A stretch of 60,296 bases of DNA, the filler included, from Squatina squatina (lineage: Eukaryota): NCBI GenBank assembly GCA_031763465.1. It is 3 parts of 3 records of this genome, joined end to end, with 100 filler letters (N's around TTAATTAATTAA, not from the genome) between each part and the next. Parts side by side here need not be neighbours in the genome. Positions count along the whole stretch, not along the records: positions 1 to 28,511 come from JARFOE010000115.1; 2 more parts are not named here. One strand, 5' to 3'. The notes under the pieces are model-generated. The model saw only the letters and a program-made list of their open reading frames with translations, searched no databases and had not been told where the DNA came from. Below are positions 1 through 13,724 of the stretch, piece after piece. Numbering within the stretch: position 1 is the stretch's first letter; each line of letters starts with the position of its first letter. Both the position numbers and the translations under genes were made by a program.

Positions 1-919
1 TATCAGATGTGCATCCATTAATAGAAACAGGTGATAATTATTAAGGGGGTGGGGGAGGGGAGGGGAGGGGGGAATGGAAGATTGAAAGCTTCAGCAAATC
101 TTTGATTTCAATTACAAGTTGCTAACTCACTTCCACCACACCGTAACACGTCCCAAACAGTTCTGACAGCCTCATTAGCACTTTCTTAAAAGTTTAGAAA
201 ATAACTTAAATAGAGTTAAGTAGCGAATCAGAAAGCAACTCTAATCGGGATCCCCCTTAATCAGAGACACTGAAAATTCGTTGATACCGCACCCGATTTA
301 CAGGCCTGAAGCGGGCACCTAAGCATTCAATATGGCGTGCAAACGAATTTCCACCCCTGTTCTTTTGAAATCTGTTTTGTTTTACATTTTACCATTGGAC
401 TTTATGGAGAGGATACAAAAGTTAAAGCATTAATATTTATCCTAGACTCTCCTCGGTATAAAAGGATCGGCAGAAATCTACCTGCGGTCTCCAGGTCCCG
501 AGTGTGTAGGCAGTAGCTTGTTACCTGGTAACATCAGAATGATGTCACGCCACTCAGTGGGTGTCAGGTTCAGACGCTGGCAGGGTGAAGAAGTCCCCAT
601 GACTTGAGGCCCTTGGAATGTTTCTCAGCACCAAAGGGGACTTTTATGCCCACGTCTGTTTGGCCCCAGGAAGTTTGAGTCAGGCTGGAAGAATCTCTCT
701 GTTAGGGTACAAATTCAGCAGTGTGGGAAAGAGTTTAGCAACGTTTAGGAAAAATAAAAATTCCTGAGGAGACATTCTTGCACCGAGAGCCTTAACCCTC
801 AGAGGCCGGAATGAAGCTGCATTCTAAAATAACTCACGGCAGTTTTGCTTTCATCCGCTTCTACTCCATCGTGAGCTTTCGCATTTCCTTATCAGGCACA
901 CAGATTATCTTCAGACCTC

Positions 920-1059
920 GCGATGAAAAGCATGATGAGGGGGTTTGATGGAGTAAATAGGGAGAAAATGTTCCCACTGGCAGGAGGGCCTGTCACCAGA
1001 GGACACAGATTTAATGTTTTTGGCAAAAGAACGAGGCCGAGATGAGGAGAATTTTTTTT
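920..1059 (+). mobile_element. CR1/HER1-like LINE fragment (ORF2 C-terminal region)
   Basis: Reads ...MMRGFDGVNREKMFPLAGGPVTRGHRF..., the typical CR1 ORF2 C-terminal 'FPL...TRGH' motif; runs into an N gap. Confidence 0.8.
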
Positions 1060-2640
1060 NNNNNNNNNNNNNNNNNNNNNNNNNNNNNNNNNNNNNNNNN
1101 NNNNNNNNNNNNNNNNNNNNNNNNNNNNNNNNNNNNNNNNNNNNNNNNNNNNNNNNNNNGTATGGGTCGGAAAGAAATTTCCCAGATTTTGTTTCCCCCT
1201 CAAATTGGCCTGAATTTTTTACCTGGTTTTTCGCCGCTCCCAGGAGACCATATGGATTCGGGTGGGGTAGAGAGTTTTTATTGTGATACACAAGGTGTCG
1301 CAATTGTGTGAGCCAGGCTGTATGGGCCAGAGGGTCTTTACCTGCCTGTCACTGTTCGTACGTAGCAACAATGTGGGGACCAAGGGCACTTTGACTTCTA
1401 ACCTAATTCAATTGCAAAATCAGAGCCCTGTCACTAATGCCCAGCCAATAAAAAAAATCCAACCCTGGCGTTCGGGATTTCTAAATCCTTTGTCGCACTG
1501 GCACAGATTCCTAGAGAACTGACACGCAGTTTGCACTTAATGTCCTTCAGCTGTTGTAGACATTGTTGAAAACAATTTAATTGAAGAAGATCAAAGCAAC
1601 AGTGCACACGCTGGCAGCCGCCTCTTTATGAACCCATAAAAGCTAAAGTGTAGCACGTAACCGAGGCTTTTAAAGAAAACACCTGGAACTTTCTCCTTGT
1701 AATGGATGAAATATGTTAAAATGTGCGTGGTGTTGATTTAACGNNNNNNNNNNNNNNNNNNNNNNNNNNNNNNNNNNNNNNNNNNNNNNNNNNNNNNNNN
1801 NNNNNNNNNNNNNNNNNNNNNNNNNNNNNNNNNNNNNNNNNNNNNNNNNNNNNNNNNNNNNNNNNNNNNNNNNNNNNNNNNNNNNNNNNNNNNNNNNNNN
1901 NNNNNNNNNNNNNNNNNNNNNNNNNNNNNNNNNNNNNNNNNNNNNNNNNNNNNNNNNNNNNNNNNNNNNNNNNNNNNNNNNNNNNNNNNNNNNNNNNNNN
2001 NNNNNNNNNNNNNNNNNNNNNNNNNNNNNNNNNNNNNNNNNNNNNNNNNNNNNNNNNNNNNNNNNNNNNNNNNNNNNNNNNNNNNNNNNNNNNNNNNNNN
2101 NNNNNNNNNNNNNNNNNNNNNNNNNNNNNNNNNNNNNNNNNNNNNNNNNNNNNNNNNNNNNNNNNNNNNNNNNNNNNNNNNNNNNNNNNNNNNNNNNNNN
2201 NNNNNNNNNNNNNNNNNNNNNNNNNNNNNNNNNNNNNNNNNNNNNNNNNNNNNNNNNNNNNNNNNNNNNNNNNNNNNNNNNNNNNNNNNNNNNNNNNNNN
2301 NNNNNNNNNNNNNNNNNNNNNNNNNNNNNNNNNNNNNNNNNNNNNNNNNNNNNNNNNNNNNNNNNNNNNNNNNNNNNNNNNNNNNNNNNNNNNNNNNNNN
2401 NNNNNNNNNNNNNNNNNNNNNNNNNNNNNNNNNNNNNNNNNNNNNNNNNNNNNNNNNNNNNNNNNNNNNNNNNNNNNNNNNNNNNNNNNNNNNNNNNNNN
2501 NNNNNNNNNNNNNNNNNNNNNNNNNNNNNNNNNNNNNNNNNNNNNNNNNNNNNNNNNNNNNNNNNNNNNNNNNNNNNNNNNNNNNNNNNNNNNNNNNNNN
2601 NNNNNNNNNNNNNNNNNNNNNNNNNNNNNNNNNNNNNNNN

Positions 2641-2746
2641 GAATGGCGTTGAGATAGAGGATCAGCCATGATCAAGTTGAATGGCGGAGCAGGCTCGAAG
2701 GGTCAAATGGCCTACTCCTGGTCCTATTTTCTATGTTTCTATGTTT
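2641..2746 (+). mobile_element. CR1/HER1-like LINE 3' tail
   Basis: gatcagccatgatc...gaatggcggagcaggctcgaaggg...tggcctactcctg followed by a (TTCTATGT)n tail; the same tail recurs at 6515, 7020, 21925 and 24315. Confidence 0.85.
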
Positions 2747-3584
2747 CAAACCATGCCTCCTGCATCCAGACTCAATTCTGGAGCCCGACCCCTCACCGCA
2801 AATGAACATCGCCACGTGCGAGTTGCTAGTTATACACACGGAGTCCATGCTGAAGTAGTTGAAGTGCTTCACAGAGAATCTCCTGATTCAGGGAAGGCTC
2901 CAAGGGTTGGTACTAGGTCCCGGAATGTACTTCCAGCAACACCAACTTTCAGTTCCTCCACTCAGTGGCATTTGTGATGACTCGGAGTTCAGACATGTCT
3001 CTGCACTCTGGCCTGATTTGATTTCTGAAATCCATAGGCATTTTCTCATGATCCCTCTCGTTGGTAGGTATTATTTGCTGATACCCAGGCAATTCCAACT
3101 ATTAATGTCACAGTTTAAAAACAGCTTCCTACACATGCTATTCAAGTATAAATATTGGGTCTGGTTTTCCATATTTGCCTTGGCACCAGACTGCAGCCAT
3201 TCCATCTTCATCGCCACAAATGGTACTGCTAGTTTTAAAAATGTTTTCATGCTAGTGCTTCGGGAGGGGGTGGAGGAAAGGAAGCGATTGTACTATTTAA
3301 GACTATCATGTAACTATATACTTACATTATCCAGGAGAGGGAACCGAGTGCTGGGGGTAAGATCCTGCTTGAGATGTAGAGGATCAACATGGCTCCTGAA
3401 ACATTAAACCTAGGGTTAATTGAGTGTTGTTTAATGTTTTAGAGAATTACTTTGATAATCTCCCTTTTTACTCTTTTAAGAGGTGTGGTAAAATATGCTC
3501 CTTAACTCCCAGACAGCAGGCTGTCCAATAAGAATCAATATAGACTATCGGTTGTGAACTGCAACAAAGAGCTATTGTGCCAGC

Positions 3585-4050
3585 CAGCTTGATTGAGTGG
3601 TAACGCCCTCGCCTCTGAGTCAGAAGGTCGTGGGCTAGCGCCCACTCTAGGACTTCAAATGCATACACTTCTCATGGCTTCTCTTGATTGGCCGGTGGAA
3701 GATTAGCAAAAACCCCATTTGTGCGGTGTCTCGCGGGCATTCACTGATCTTTTGCCGGAGCTTTTGCTGCCGACCAGCAGAATGCCTGAGGAAATTCCCA
3801 GCGCTAATCTGGGCTGAGTAGTGGAGTGTTGTTTTGGTGGGTGAGACATTAAGCTCATGTCCTTTTCAAATGGATGTAAACAATCCTACTGCACTATTTG
3901 AAGAAGAGCTGGGAAGTTCTCCTGGGATGCTGTTTGTGGGGCCTTGCTGTACACAAATTGATGGCCACATTTTCCTACATAACAATAGTGACGACACTGC
4001 TAAAAATAGTTGGCTTTGAATCACCTTGTAACTTCTTGTATAAATGCAAA
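3585..4050 (+). mobile_element. Degraded SacSINE1/Deu-SINE-like SINE, interrupted at about 3670-3800 by a short element
   Basis: Head (ctcgcctctgagtcagaaggtcgtggg) and Deu-like body (gcactatttgaagaagagc...) match the full-length copy at 39955-40420. Confidence 0.7.
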
Positions 4051-4115
4051 TTCTTTCTTTCTTCCTTCCTTTCTATCTTTCTGTCATCATTCCTTCTTTC
4101 TTTCCTTCCTTCCTT
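4050..4115. repeat. (TTCC/TTTC)n low-complexity microsatellite
   Basis: Directly visible pyrimidine-rich short tandem repeats. Confidence 0.8.
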
Positions 4116-5316
4116 AACCCACCTTGGCACTTTTCCAAAATGCAAAGCAGAGTCCTGCCCAACATTCCTTCCTCAATAAAAACCACCAATACAGATCAAC
4201 TGCTTGTTCATTTCATTGCTGCATGTGGGATCTTTCTGTGCATAAAATGGCGGCTGGCTTGCCTGCATGTCAATGGTCACCTGACTTCCAAGTGATTAAG
4301 TTTACGTGCAACACTCCAGAGATTTCTGAACGACGGGCTCAGGCATTATATAAGTGCAAGACTTTCTTGGCCTTTTTTTAATTTAGTTTTGTCCCATTGA
4401 TATTGGTCCCAAAAACAAAAGGACCACCATGTCCCCTTGAAGAACTTGATCATCTTTGTCTATGTTTGTCCCTAGAACCCGACCATTCCTCACCAAATAT
4501 TTGTCAGGTCCTACTTTCAAGGAGTTAACCAGTAGAACATTAGTGCCTCGTGTTTCAGCTCTTCAAGTCAGTCAGCTTGCACTATCTTTGACAGCCTGCG
4601 TCACCCTGAACCCTGTGCACATTAACTGCTTCAGCAAACACCATGCTTATCTTCACTTGCCCTGTCTCCCGATTCCTTCCACACTTCATTAGTTTCTGGC
4701 TTGGTCACCCTGAGAGCATTCTTATGATGTCTTCAAGTAGATGATTCATAAATTCCAGAGGCATGATCCACTGATCATGTGGATTTCAAAGGGGTGACAT
4801 CACATGTATCCTACAAGCAAGTAAGGTGCTGAGAAAACAATGCCACAAAAGAATTTTAATGATCAGTGGGTTTAGTGATCTCACTCCCGACTGCAACTAT
4901 CTGATGATCTCACTCATTGTAACAGACCCACGACTTCCTGACGATGCTTCAGCAAATTCCATTTGCATTCTGACTACTTTATGGGATTTGTTTGGATCTG
5001 GAGTCACTCACGACATTTTCGTAACCTTTGATTAATCACACGGCATAGTATCTCCAGCATTGGAAGCCATTCTTGTGCCACAATACCACACGGAGGAGTA
5101 GGAAAAACAATCCGAATTAATTAGCTACCCCTTGTACTTGAGCATTGAATGGTTAGATAAATAAGTGCGGTCATATGCTGTTGGCTATTCGCCCAATACT
5201 TCTTGACTGGTGCCTTNNNNNNNNNNNNNNNNNNNNNNNNNNNNNNNNNNNNNNNNNNNNNNNNNNNNNNNNNNNNNNNNNNNNNNNNNNNNNNNNNNNN
5301 NNNNNNNNNNNNNNNN

Positions 5317-5545
5317 ACACTATTCGAAGAAGAGCAGGGGAGTTCTCCTCGGTGTTGTGGACAATATTTATCCCTCAACCAAAATGGATTATCTGGTCAT
5401 TATCACATCGCTGTTTGTGGGGCATTGCTGTGGACAAATTGGCTGCTGCATTTCCTCCATTACAACAGTGACCGATAAAGTGGTTCATGGCTGTAAAGCA
5501 CTTTGGAATGTCCTGAGGGCATGAATGCAATTATATTAATGGAAG
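5317..5545 (+). mobile_element. SacSINE1/Deu-SINE-like SINE, 3' half
   Basis: cactattcgaagaagagcaggggagttctc...aaattggctgctgcatttcc...ggctgtaaagcactttgg matches the copy at 39955-40420. Confidence 0.85.
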
Positions 5546-6514
5546 TTCTTTCTTTCTTTATCTGAATTGGCAGCGGGTTGTCAAACCGATGTTCTTGTCG
5601 CTGTGCCTCCTTGTTTTTCAAGATCTGGCACTGCCACTTTAATATTAGACTTCTAAATGTAGCCTTCTGAATAAGTGTGCATGTTTTCTCTTTAGTATTC
5701 AGCATTACTCAACCGAAGCTAACAAGCTACCTGCTGACAGGCTCATAACTTAAATCTGCGCTGACAGGCAAACACTAAAGTCTTCATAAATAAGCTAAAT
5801 TATTTCCCAGAGCCTATGAAAAGTGGTGAATTCCTGAAACAGACAAACAAAATAGTAATTGAAGTTTATGTGTGTATATCAGGGCCGTACTCATTTCATA
5901 GTACTTACGGATATAATTGGAAACATATTTTATTTTTGCTTTCAATTCCCCAGATTCCTGAGCAGTTGCAAAATTTCCTCAGTGGTCCTATTAAGTGAAT
6001 AAAGTACCTTAACATGACAGATAAAATCTGCAACAAATAAAGCACTAAAACTGGTTTTCATTTGGCATTAACAAAGGATTATCATTCACAGAGGTAAGCA
6101 AGCCCATAAAAGAGTGCAATTTTAATTAGGATCACATTGATTCGTGCATCTCGGGGGAAATGGAATGACAAACAGCACTGGGCAGCAAATGAAGGAGAGC
6201 GACAGCATGGCTGGCCATCTGTGACATTACAGACCGTGTGCCATTTTATCTCTTTAAGTAAACTGATTGCGCCAGCCGAGCCTTTGAAACCCACGATGCG
6301 CCTTAAGTCTGCCAGTTCAGGTGCTGATCTGGCCTCACCAAGCCCGTCGACTATTCGAGCGGATTGGCACGCGGTGCTTGCCGTTCTGTAGTTTGAAGGT
6401 GCGCAGTTTGAAGCTGCGGCATTACATGGCAATATTAGCGAGCCGTTTCTGAAGTCATTGCAGCCCCAAGATGTGCGACAGCTTGTGGAAAGTATCACTA
6501 CAGTAGCTTCAGAA

Positions 6515-6816
6515 TGTAAGAAATAGCGCCTACGGCCCCTCAATTCAATAAGATCATGGCTGATCTTCAACCTCAACTCCACTTTCCCAATCTATCCCCA
6601 TATCCCTTGGTTCCCTTAGTGTCCAAATATCTATTGCTCTCAGCCTTGAATATGCTCAATGACTGAACATCCACAGCCCTCTGGGGTAGAGAATTCCAAA
6701 GATTCAGCACCTTCTGAGGAAAGAAATTTCTCCTCATCTCAGTCCTAAATGGCCTTCCCCTTATCCTGAGTCTATGACCCCTGGTTCTAGACTCTGTAGT
6801 CACAGGAAATAGCCTC
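6515..6816 (-). mobile_element. CR1/HER1-like LINE 3' end
   Basis: Minus strand encodes RLFPVTTESRTRGHRLRIRGRPFRTEMRRNFFPQKVLNLWNSLPQRAV..., the CR1 ORF2 C-terminus, followed by the 3' tail. Confidence 0.9.
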
Positions 6817-6916
6817 NNNNNNNNNNNNNNNNNNNNNNNNNNNNNNNNNNNNNNNNNNNNNNNNNNNNNNNNNNNNNNNNNNNNNNNNNNNNNNNNNNNN
6901 NNNNNNNNNNNNNNNN

Positions 6917-7105
6917 TCATTGAATATATTCAAAGCTGAGATAGGCAGATTTTTGAGCAACAAGGGAGTCAAAGTTTATGGGCGACACGCAGGAAAGTGG
7001 AGTTGAAGCAAATATCAGATCAGCCATGATCTCATTGAATTGTGCAGCAGGTTCAAAGGGCTGAATGGTTTATTCCTGATCCTATTTCTTATGTTCTTAT
7101 GTTGC
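6917..7105 (+). mobile_element. CR1/HER1-like LINE 3' end with (TTCTTATG)n tail
   Basis: aatatattcaaagctgagataggcagatttttg...gatcagccatgatctcattgaat...ttcttatgttcttatg. Confidence 0.9.
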
Positions 7106-7789
7106 CTTATGTATATGAAACTGGAGTCATTCGCGTGTGACGCAGAATTTTATGTGCATAAATATGATATCTATAGTGTGACACCGAAAGTGTGACAGGC
7201 AAACTAGACACAGTGCTTTTATATTCATAGATACTGGCTGGCTATCCAACTGGGACCCCATGGATCCATCCAGCGGTGTCAAGCTTCAGTATCAACCATC
7301 CTTTGGATGCTTGGACACATTGGTTGATCTAACATTGCATTTTTAGATGTAGTCTTGTCTGAAAAGGGACTGACTGCATGTCTGACTAAGACTGACATTA
7401 GCTCTGAAGCAGAAAATGCTCTCCTGTTTGTGAAGGGATTTGAGCAATTGCGCTGAATTCTTTAAACACGACCGTTCTATCTTTAAATAAATGTCGCACT
7501 GACATCTGAGCCATCCATTTTCGCAACGAGCCATCTATTATATAAAATCAGAAATCCAATGAATACAGATCAGGAGGTTTCATTTTTATTTATAAGTGCA
7601 AATTGATTTCTCCCTCCCCTTTATCAGATATTTATCTTTTATTACAGTAACGCTGTCGATACAGAATCAGATCCCACCGTGCCCTCCTAACAAAGAGATA
7701 TGCAGGTGGACTCTCAGTCACACACAGGCCGACTCACACATGCACGTATACTGACACTTCCAAATAATCGGAGGTATAAGCCTCCTGTA

Positions 7790-7946
7790 TTATATAATAA
7801 TTCACTCTGTTAGACGGTATAATACTCCTGTCTGATAATGTGCTGTATGTTACATGGTATAATGCTCCTGTATAATATATTATTACAGTGCGTTACTATT
7901 ATAGAATGCACATGAATTATATAATAGTACACAGTGTAACCCTTCT
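7790..7946. repeat. Degenerate AT-rich minisatellite (TATAAT/CCTGT units)
   Basis: Recurrent 'tataat...ctcctgt' units ending at a gap. Confidence 0.55.
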
Positions 7947-8279
7947 NNNNNNNNNNNNNNNNNNNNNNNNNNNNNNNNNNNNNNNNNNNNNNNNNNNNNN
8001 NNNNNNNNNNNNNNNNNNNNNNNNNNNNNNNNNNNNNNNNNNNNNNCAATCATTATCCTGTCACCCCCTGCTCGAATGTGTGTGTGTGTGCATCAGATGA
8101 CCAAACTTGCATGTGAGGACATTATGGTATAAAGGCCTGCAAACACTCACTGTTTAGGTTCATATATGATGAACGGAAACTTGGGAAATGTACTGGAGGA
8201 CAGCTGCCATCTATGGCACTGTACACCAGCACCATAAGGCAAAGAGGAAAGAAGATTGATGCAAAAACATGAAAACAAG

Positions 8280-8640
8280 AAGCTTCTCTCCTGATGGCTT
8301 AGTTGATAAATTAAATATCTGGTGCGGTTCTGAGACTTGTAGATCAGAAGCTCTGAGAGTTGGTCTCCTTTCTATGCTGAGTTAGCTATCTCTGTTGGGG
8401 CAGTTGAGATGCTACAGTTGGCTTCTGAATCCTTGGGTAGGGATGAAAAAGCAAGTCAGTGATCCTGCTCCTGATTGCTATCTTGTGATCCTTGCTGAAA
8501 AATGTACGAATGTGGGCTTGAATGTCCTGCATTGCACAGTTGACAATAGAAAAATTACCAATTCAGCAAAGTACTGGAGGGCAGCAAGTGTGCTTGAAGA
8601 GTACATAGAGTCACTGCTCTCAGAAGAGTTAGAGAATATT
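8280..8640 (+). mobile_element. Second tRNA-derived SINE family (old)
   Basis: Shares tgctgagttagctatctc...ttggcttc...ccttgggtaggg...cctgctcctgat...tgctg(g)aaa blocks with 32405-32600, 37200-37370, 49265-49600 and 30150-30275(-). Confidence 0.6.
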
Positions 8641-11600
8641 GGCGGTAGAGAAGATTATTCAATTCCAAACCACCCTGAATGAACAAAATAAACATGCTTC
8701 ATTAGTTTAATTTTTAATGTTCAGCAATTTTTTTTTTCTTCAAAGCCTTTTAAACACCATAGAACGTTAAACAGTGCTGTGTTAACTGTCATTTTGTGTT
8801 CAGATGGCTGGCTAAAAGATATCAGTAATCACATTTCCTATGTTGGAGATTTGCTGCTGGTCATGAGCTGGATCAATGAAACTCTATGGAGCCCTCCCAA
8901 AAAGTCTCAGCTCGAGCTTTGGCCATCCATCACCACAGCAGATGCTTGGCAGACTGGCTATGTCCTTAAGGTGGGATGTGAGTTGAATATTTGCTTTTAA
9001 AGGCAATTTGGAAATGAGATTTAATAAGTTCCACTAACTTACGCTCATAACTTTCTTGCAGACTTTCCTTTTAATTAAATATTAATATTAATTTAATATC
9101 AATTATTTATTTGCTATTGCAATCACACTTGTGCATCCTCAAAATTACTGAATGCCTGGATGCATTTTAATTTTATTAATCAATGTCTTGCTAAAGAACC
9201 ACATTGATTACATTGTGGGACTCACATCTGAAAAGGGCATGAGCAATCATAATATGATTATGCACAGTATGCAACTTTTATTTGCTAATTAACTTTGCCA
9301 AGTCACCTTCCACGTGCATAAATTTACAATGTCAAGACCCAAGGGATTAAAGAGAGTTGTTATTTACCACTAACTGGCTTATACTGGAGTGCGGTCCCAC
9401 GGGGTCAGCTGCCCTCCAGTAACTTGTACAAATAGCCATTTTGTTATGTACGATTCGGGAGAGAGAGAGTACAGGAGACCCTTAAACAGTGGGGACCTCA
9501 AGACCCATCCCAATCGTGTCCTCCTTGGTACACATATACATACACATTCACATTCTCCAGCAAACAGTCTTGGATGAGATGTTAAACCGAGGCCCCATCT
9601 GTAAANNNNNNNNNNNNNNNNNNNNNNNNNNNNNNNNNNNNNNNNNNNNNNNNNNNNNNNNNNNNNNNNNNNNNNNNNNNNNNNNNNNNNNNNNNNNNNN
9701 NNNNNTTGCAGACCATTCCCAGCGGAGTGAGTCAATGCACTTGGATGCCTCCCAAGGGCTTGTGTGCCAGGTGGGTGATGCTCTTGTATCCCTGATAGAA
9801 TATGACGGGCATCTCAGGCCGACGGTGAAGAAACTGCAAGAAAGAACAAATTACATTAGCTGATAAGTGCAAATTGTCAAACGCTAGAATCGGATTTCTG
9901 GAACGTGTAATAGATTCTACGGGAGCTAGAGGCAACGCTGATGAAACCTGGGGTGGTTTGACTCAAAATCTAATTTATTCTACATCATTATGAACAATGT
10001 CATATGACAAAAATGATACACACCATAAAAAAAGAATGTTAGTTTTACTAAATTAATATATTCAAATGAAAGTGTTTTCAATTAGTTGGCTTTGTGTCTC
10101 CCTAGATAATGTTATGCCTGGGGCTGGCTGTTGAAGATTCTCTTGTTACATTTCCATGATATTTCCTCATTAATTTACAGCTCTGATCCCTTATGCAGTG
10201 CAGGTCTAAAGAGAGCATAGTAGACTGCAGCTATTACACAAATTTAATAGCTCATCCAATCGGTTTCACGCGTGCAATCAAGACATCTCCATCTTTGTTT
10301 TAGTCAATAACTGGCCTTGTGATTTTCGGNNNNNNNNNNNNNNNNNNNNNNNNNNNNNNNNNNNNNNNNNNNNNNNNNNNNNNNNNNNNNNNNNNNNNNN
10401 NNNNNNNNNNNNNNNNNNNNNNNNNNNNNACTTTGGATCCCTCAGGGACCCCATGGGATTTGTGGATCATCATTTGAAAGTCTATAAAGGCTAACACCGT
10501 AAGGCTCCATTGGTGCACAAGCTCGCTAACCATGAGTGCAGCTCGCACAATGATTACCACACTCACTACTAGTGAGTCTCTATGCCATGGACTTTGCCTC
10601 ACCAAATTAGCCCACAGGCCACAGCCTAAAGCTTTCATAGCCAAAGAGACCCTTTAAATCACTTTATAAAGACATTTTATTTTCCTTTTATTAAAAGCAT
10701 GAGTGAAAACCTATGGTATCCTTCTGTTGTAAGACCAGGATTCAGAATCTTCCTTTATTCTCTTTTTAAAAGGGAAATCTATGGGAGACATGATGCAAAC
10801 ATTTAAAATTATTCAGGAAGCAGATAAAATCAAAGTTAGGAAGCCCTTTATTGCAGATATGTCGAACAGAAAAAAAAAGGGCCAACTTTTTTTTCTCACA
10901 CAATGTAGCTGAATCCTAATAGACAAAGAATTAATTCTGCCAAGAAAGGATCTGCTTGAATTAGAATTGCTTTTGGCTCAAGGTTTCTATAAAAATAGCT
11001 AATTTGTACATTTTTACAACACAGCTTATTAAGCAATTTATTCGGTAATTTTAAAACAAAAGGCATATCCTTTTCACACAAAAGACTATCATTCCAATGC
11101 TACAAAAATGTGCTACCACCAGTAACAGAANNNNNNNNNNNNNNNNNNNNNNNNNNNNNNNNNNNNNNNNNNNNNNNNNNNNNNNNNNNNNNNNNNNNNN
11201 NNNNNNNNNNNNNNNNNNNNNNNNNNNNNNGATTATTTCTTATGTTCTTATGTTAAGTAGAAAATGCATTAAGCAAGAAAAAGAAATAAAGCTATCTTTC
11301 CTTTGTGGAAAGCAACAAATCCACAAGGCATCCAGCAATACGAGATTGGAGATAGTCACACTGAGGCCAAGGACTATATGATGTCAATATCTGTATGGAA
11401 GTCACAGACAAAAAAAAATGATATTTGAATTGCCAGTAGACCAGATTTTCAGAACAGTTAAGGCTACAAATGAGTGCAAAACGCTATGGCAACAGAATGG
11501 AAGCTAAGTCCTTTATTTTTCGATCTGAATACCAAGAAGAGATTTAAATAAATTGGCCGCTTTTTATAAGAGTGAGTAGAGTTGTGAGATATCAACACTG

Positions 11601-13724
11601 AGCTAAAATGCCAATTTATCCTAAAAAGCCTTGGGTTTTTGTTCGCTTGAAGCTGAGGAGCCTCTCATCCAGAAGCATTGAATATTGAATGTGCACCTTA
11701 AATTCACAACGAATAGCATTGAATACACAACAAATCCGAAAATGTCAGGTACAGTGTCTGCTACATCATGCATGTTGAAACAAAGTAAAAAAAAGTCCTC
11801 CCGATATTACATTGCATGTGAGCTGATTTGTCTTCTTATCTCTTCCCTCTACAGCTGTTTCCAGATGTGGAACTGCAGCTGCCAGTAATCTCAGAACCAT
11901 TATTATCTACCAGACATTCCGAAAGATTGGGGTGACAGAATGAATGAGTTGCAGCTAAATCTAGCAAAAAGAAGCAGTACGCATCAGTGATGATGTCCTC
12001 AGAAGCCCAAAGAATCTGTGCATGCAACGAACAAAACCCCTATCTTGTTTAACTGAGGGCTCTAATTCAGTCATAGGGCACGTATTCTACGTGTGGGATC
12101 AATTACGCCCAAGGCCCTGGGGAACCCCAACACTATGATAAATATTTTGTTGCATTTGCTCTTGGTTTTCCTGGGCCGCAAGGTAATAGATAGCACGACC
12201 TGCCTGACTGATCTATGCAGCAGTAACCTGACTAATACAATTACACACTGTAGGCTGGTTGATGTCAGCCACATCACACGCAGAAAGCTGAAAAGAATCT
12301 GCAGCAGAGAGGCTGAATCCAGCTGTCAGATTCACTCTGAATGGCAAGATTTAAACTAATACTTGGCTCGCTCTCCAAATCCACCTGTAATTCAGCCCAG
12401 AAGTCTACAATCCAAACACATTTGTCTAAGAACAATTCTAAAAGATTTCCACATCTCCCCCTTAACGCCTACATTCTTGTAGAATGACACAAAAGCATGC
12501 AGTGTAAAACAATGCTGAAAATCGGATTAACATGTCAGCACTGTAATGGCGATTTATTTTAGTGTTTCTTTCTTCTCTCCTGAAATAGTGACGAAGCAGC
12601 TATCTAAACAATAGGGCCCTTGCGCCCAGGGAGCGCTGATCAGCGGCGCTACCCAGACGTNNNNNNNNNNNNNNNNNNNNNNNNNNNNNNNNNNNNNNNN
12701 NNNNNNNNNNNNNNNNNNNNNNNNNNNNNNNNNNNNNNNNNNNNNNNNNNNNNNNNNNNNACAAGTTGCTTCCAGACATGGGTGGCCTGGTAGAGCTTCC
12801 TCTGGGAATTCATGAGAATCACTGAGATTGACTGAAAGTTAATGGAAAAATACGAAAATTACAGGAAGGAACTGAGGGTGTGTGATTATCTTGGATTTAG
12901 CACACCAGAGGTTCACTTTAGCCCTTGATTTCTCCTATTAAGCAACACCTGTCCCCCCAACCCCAAGGAAAGCACTTGGTTAGTGCTGTTAGTGCCATTA
13001 GTGCCTTCAAAGTCTGTGGGAATTGAATTGTTCTCAAGCAAGAAAATGATCTATGCAATTGGGCAATTCTGTTTGGGCAGCAACTAAAACCTCATTTGCT
13101 GTACATAAATCGTACACAAGACACCCGTATTCTAAGTCTTTGAGCCTTGACACAAAAAAAGATTGTTTCTGTTTATTTAAAATAGTAAATAATGTATGTG
13201 TAGCGCCTGATTTTTTCCCTCCCAGTGAAACACCATCAAAATGGGAAAATAAAAGTGCGCTGCACCCACGGGACTGGCAATGTCGAGTCTCAGCAAAATA
13301 CAGAGCCGTTCAGTCCCCCAGTCCCATCTGTGCGAAGCAGCAGAGGCATTTTGTGTTATTGGAACAATTTATCAGCTCCACGAGAACGCTGTTTATTTCT
13401 GACAAAGTATGTGTTCGACTTCCAAATGATGTCACCGCCGTGGATAAGCATTCTTACCTGCCTTTGCTTGGCCCCAGGGCTCAGAATCAGACTGTGTTTA
13501 TGAAGTGACAACGATGAGGCAATACTTGGGGCTTTAGACTATGTCCTGTAGCCACGGATCATTAAGCCATGCATCTGATACGCAGCGATTATGCTGTGGA
13601 CAAGAAAGCGTTCCTGTTCCTGAGCATTGGCTAAAATTGTGCATAATACTTGCATAAGGATCAGCGTTTTGCAAATAATAACACTGTAATAAAAACACCA
13701 AGCAGTGGAAATAGCCAGCAAGTG

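Noticed and set aside
1716-2675. Long ORFs (275-319 aa) here and at 14796-15698 and 58173-58750
   Set aside because: Almost entirely N-gap translation; only MEGMLYKW in the last one is real.
2681-3407. 98-aa and 182-aa ORFs
   Set aside because: One starts in a LINE tail, both use non-ATG starts, and neither has coding-like composition or a recognisable family.
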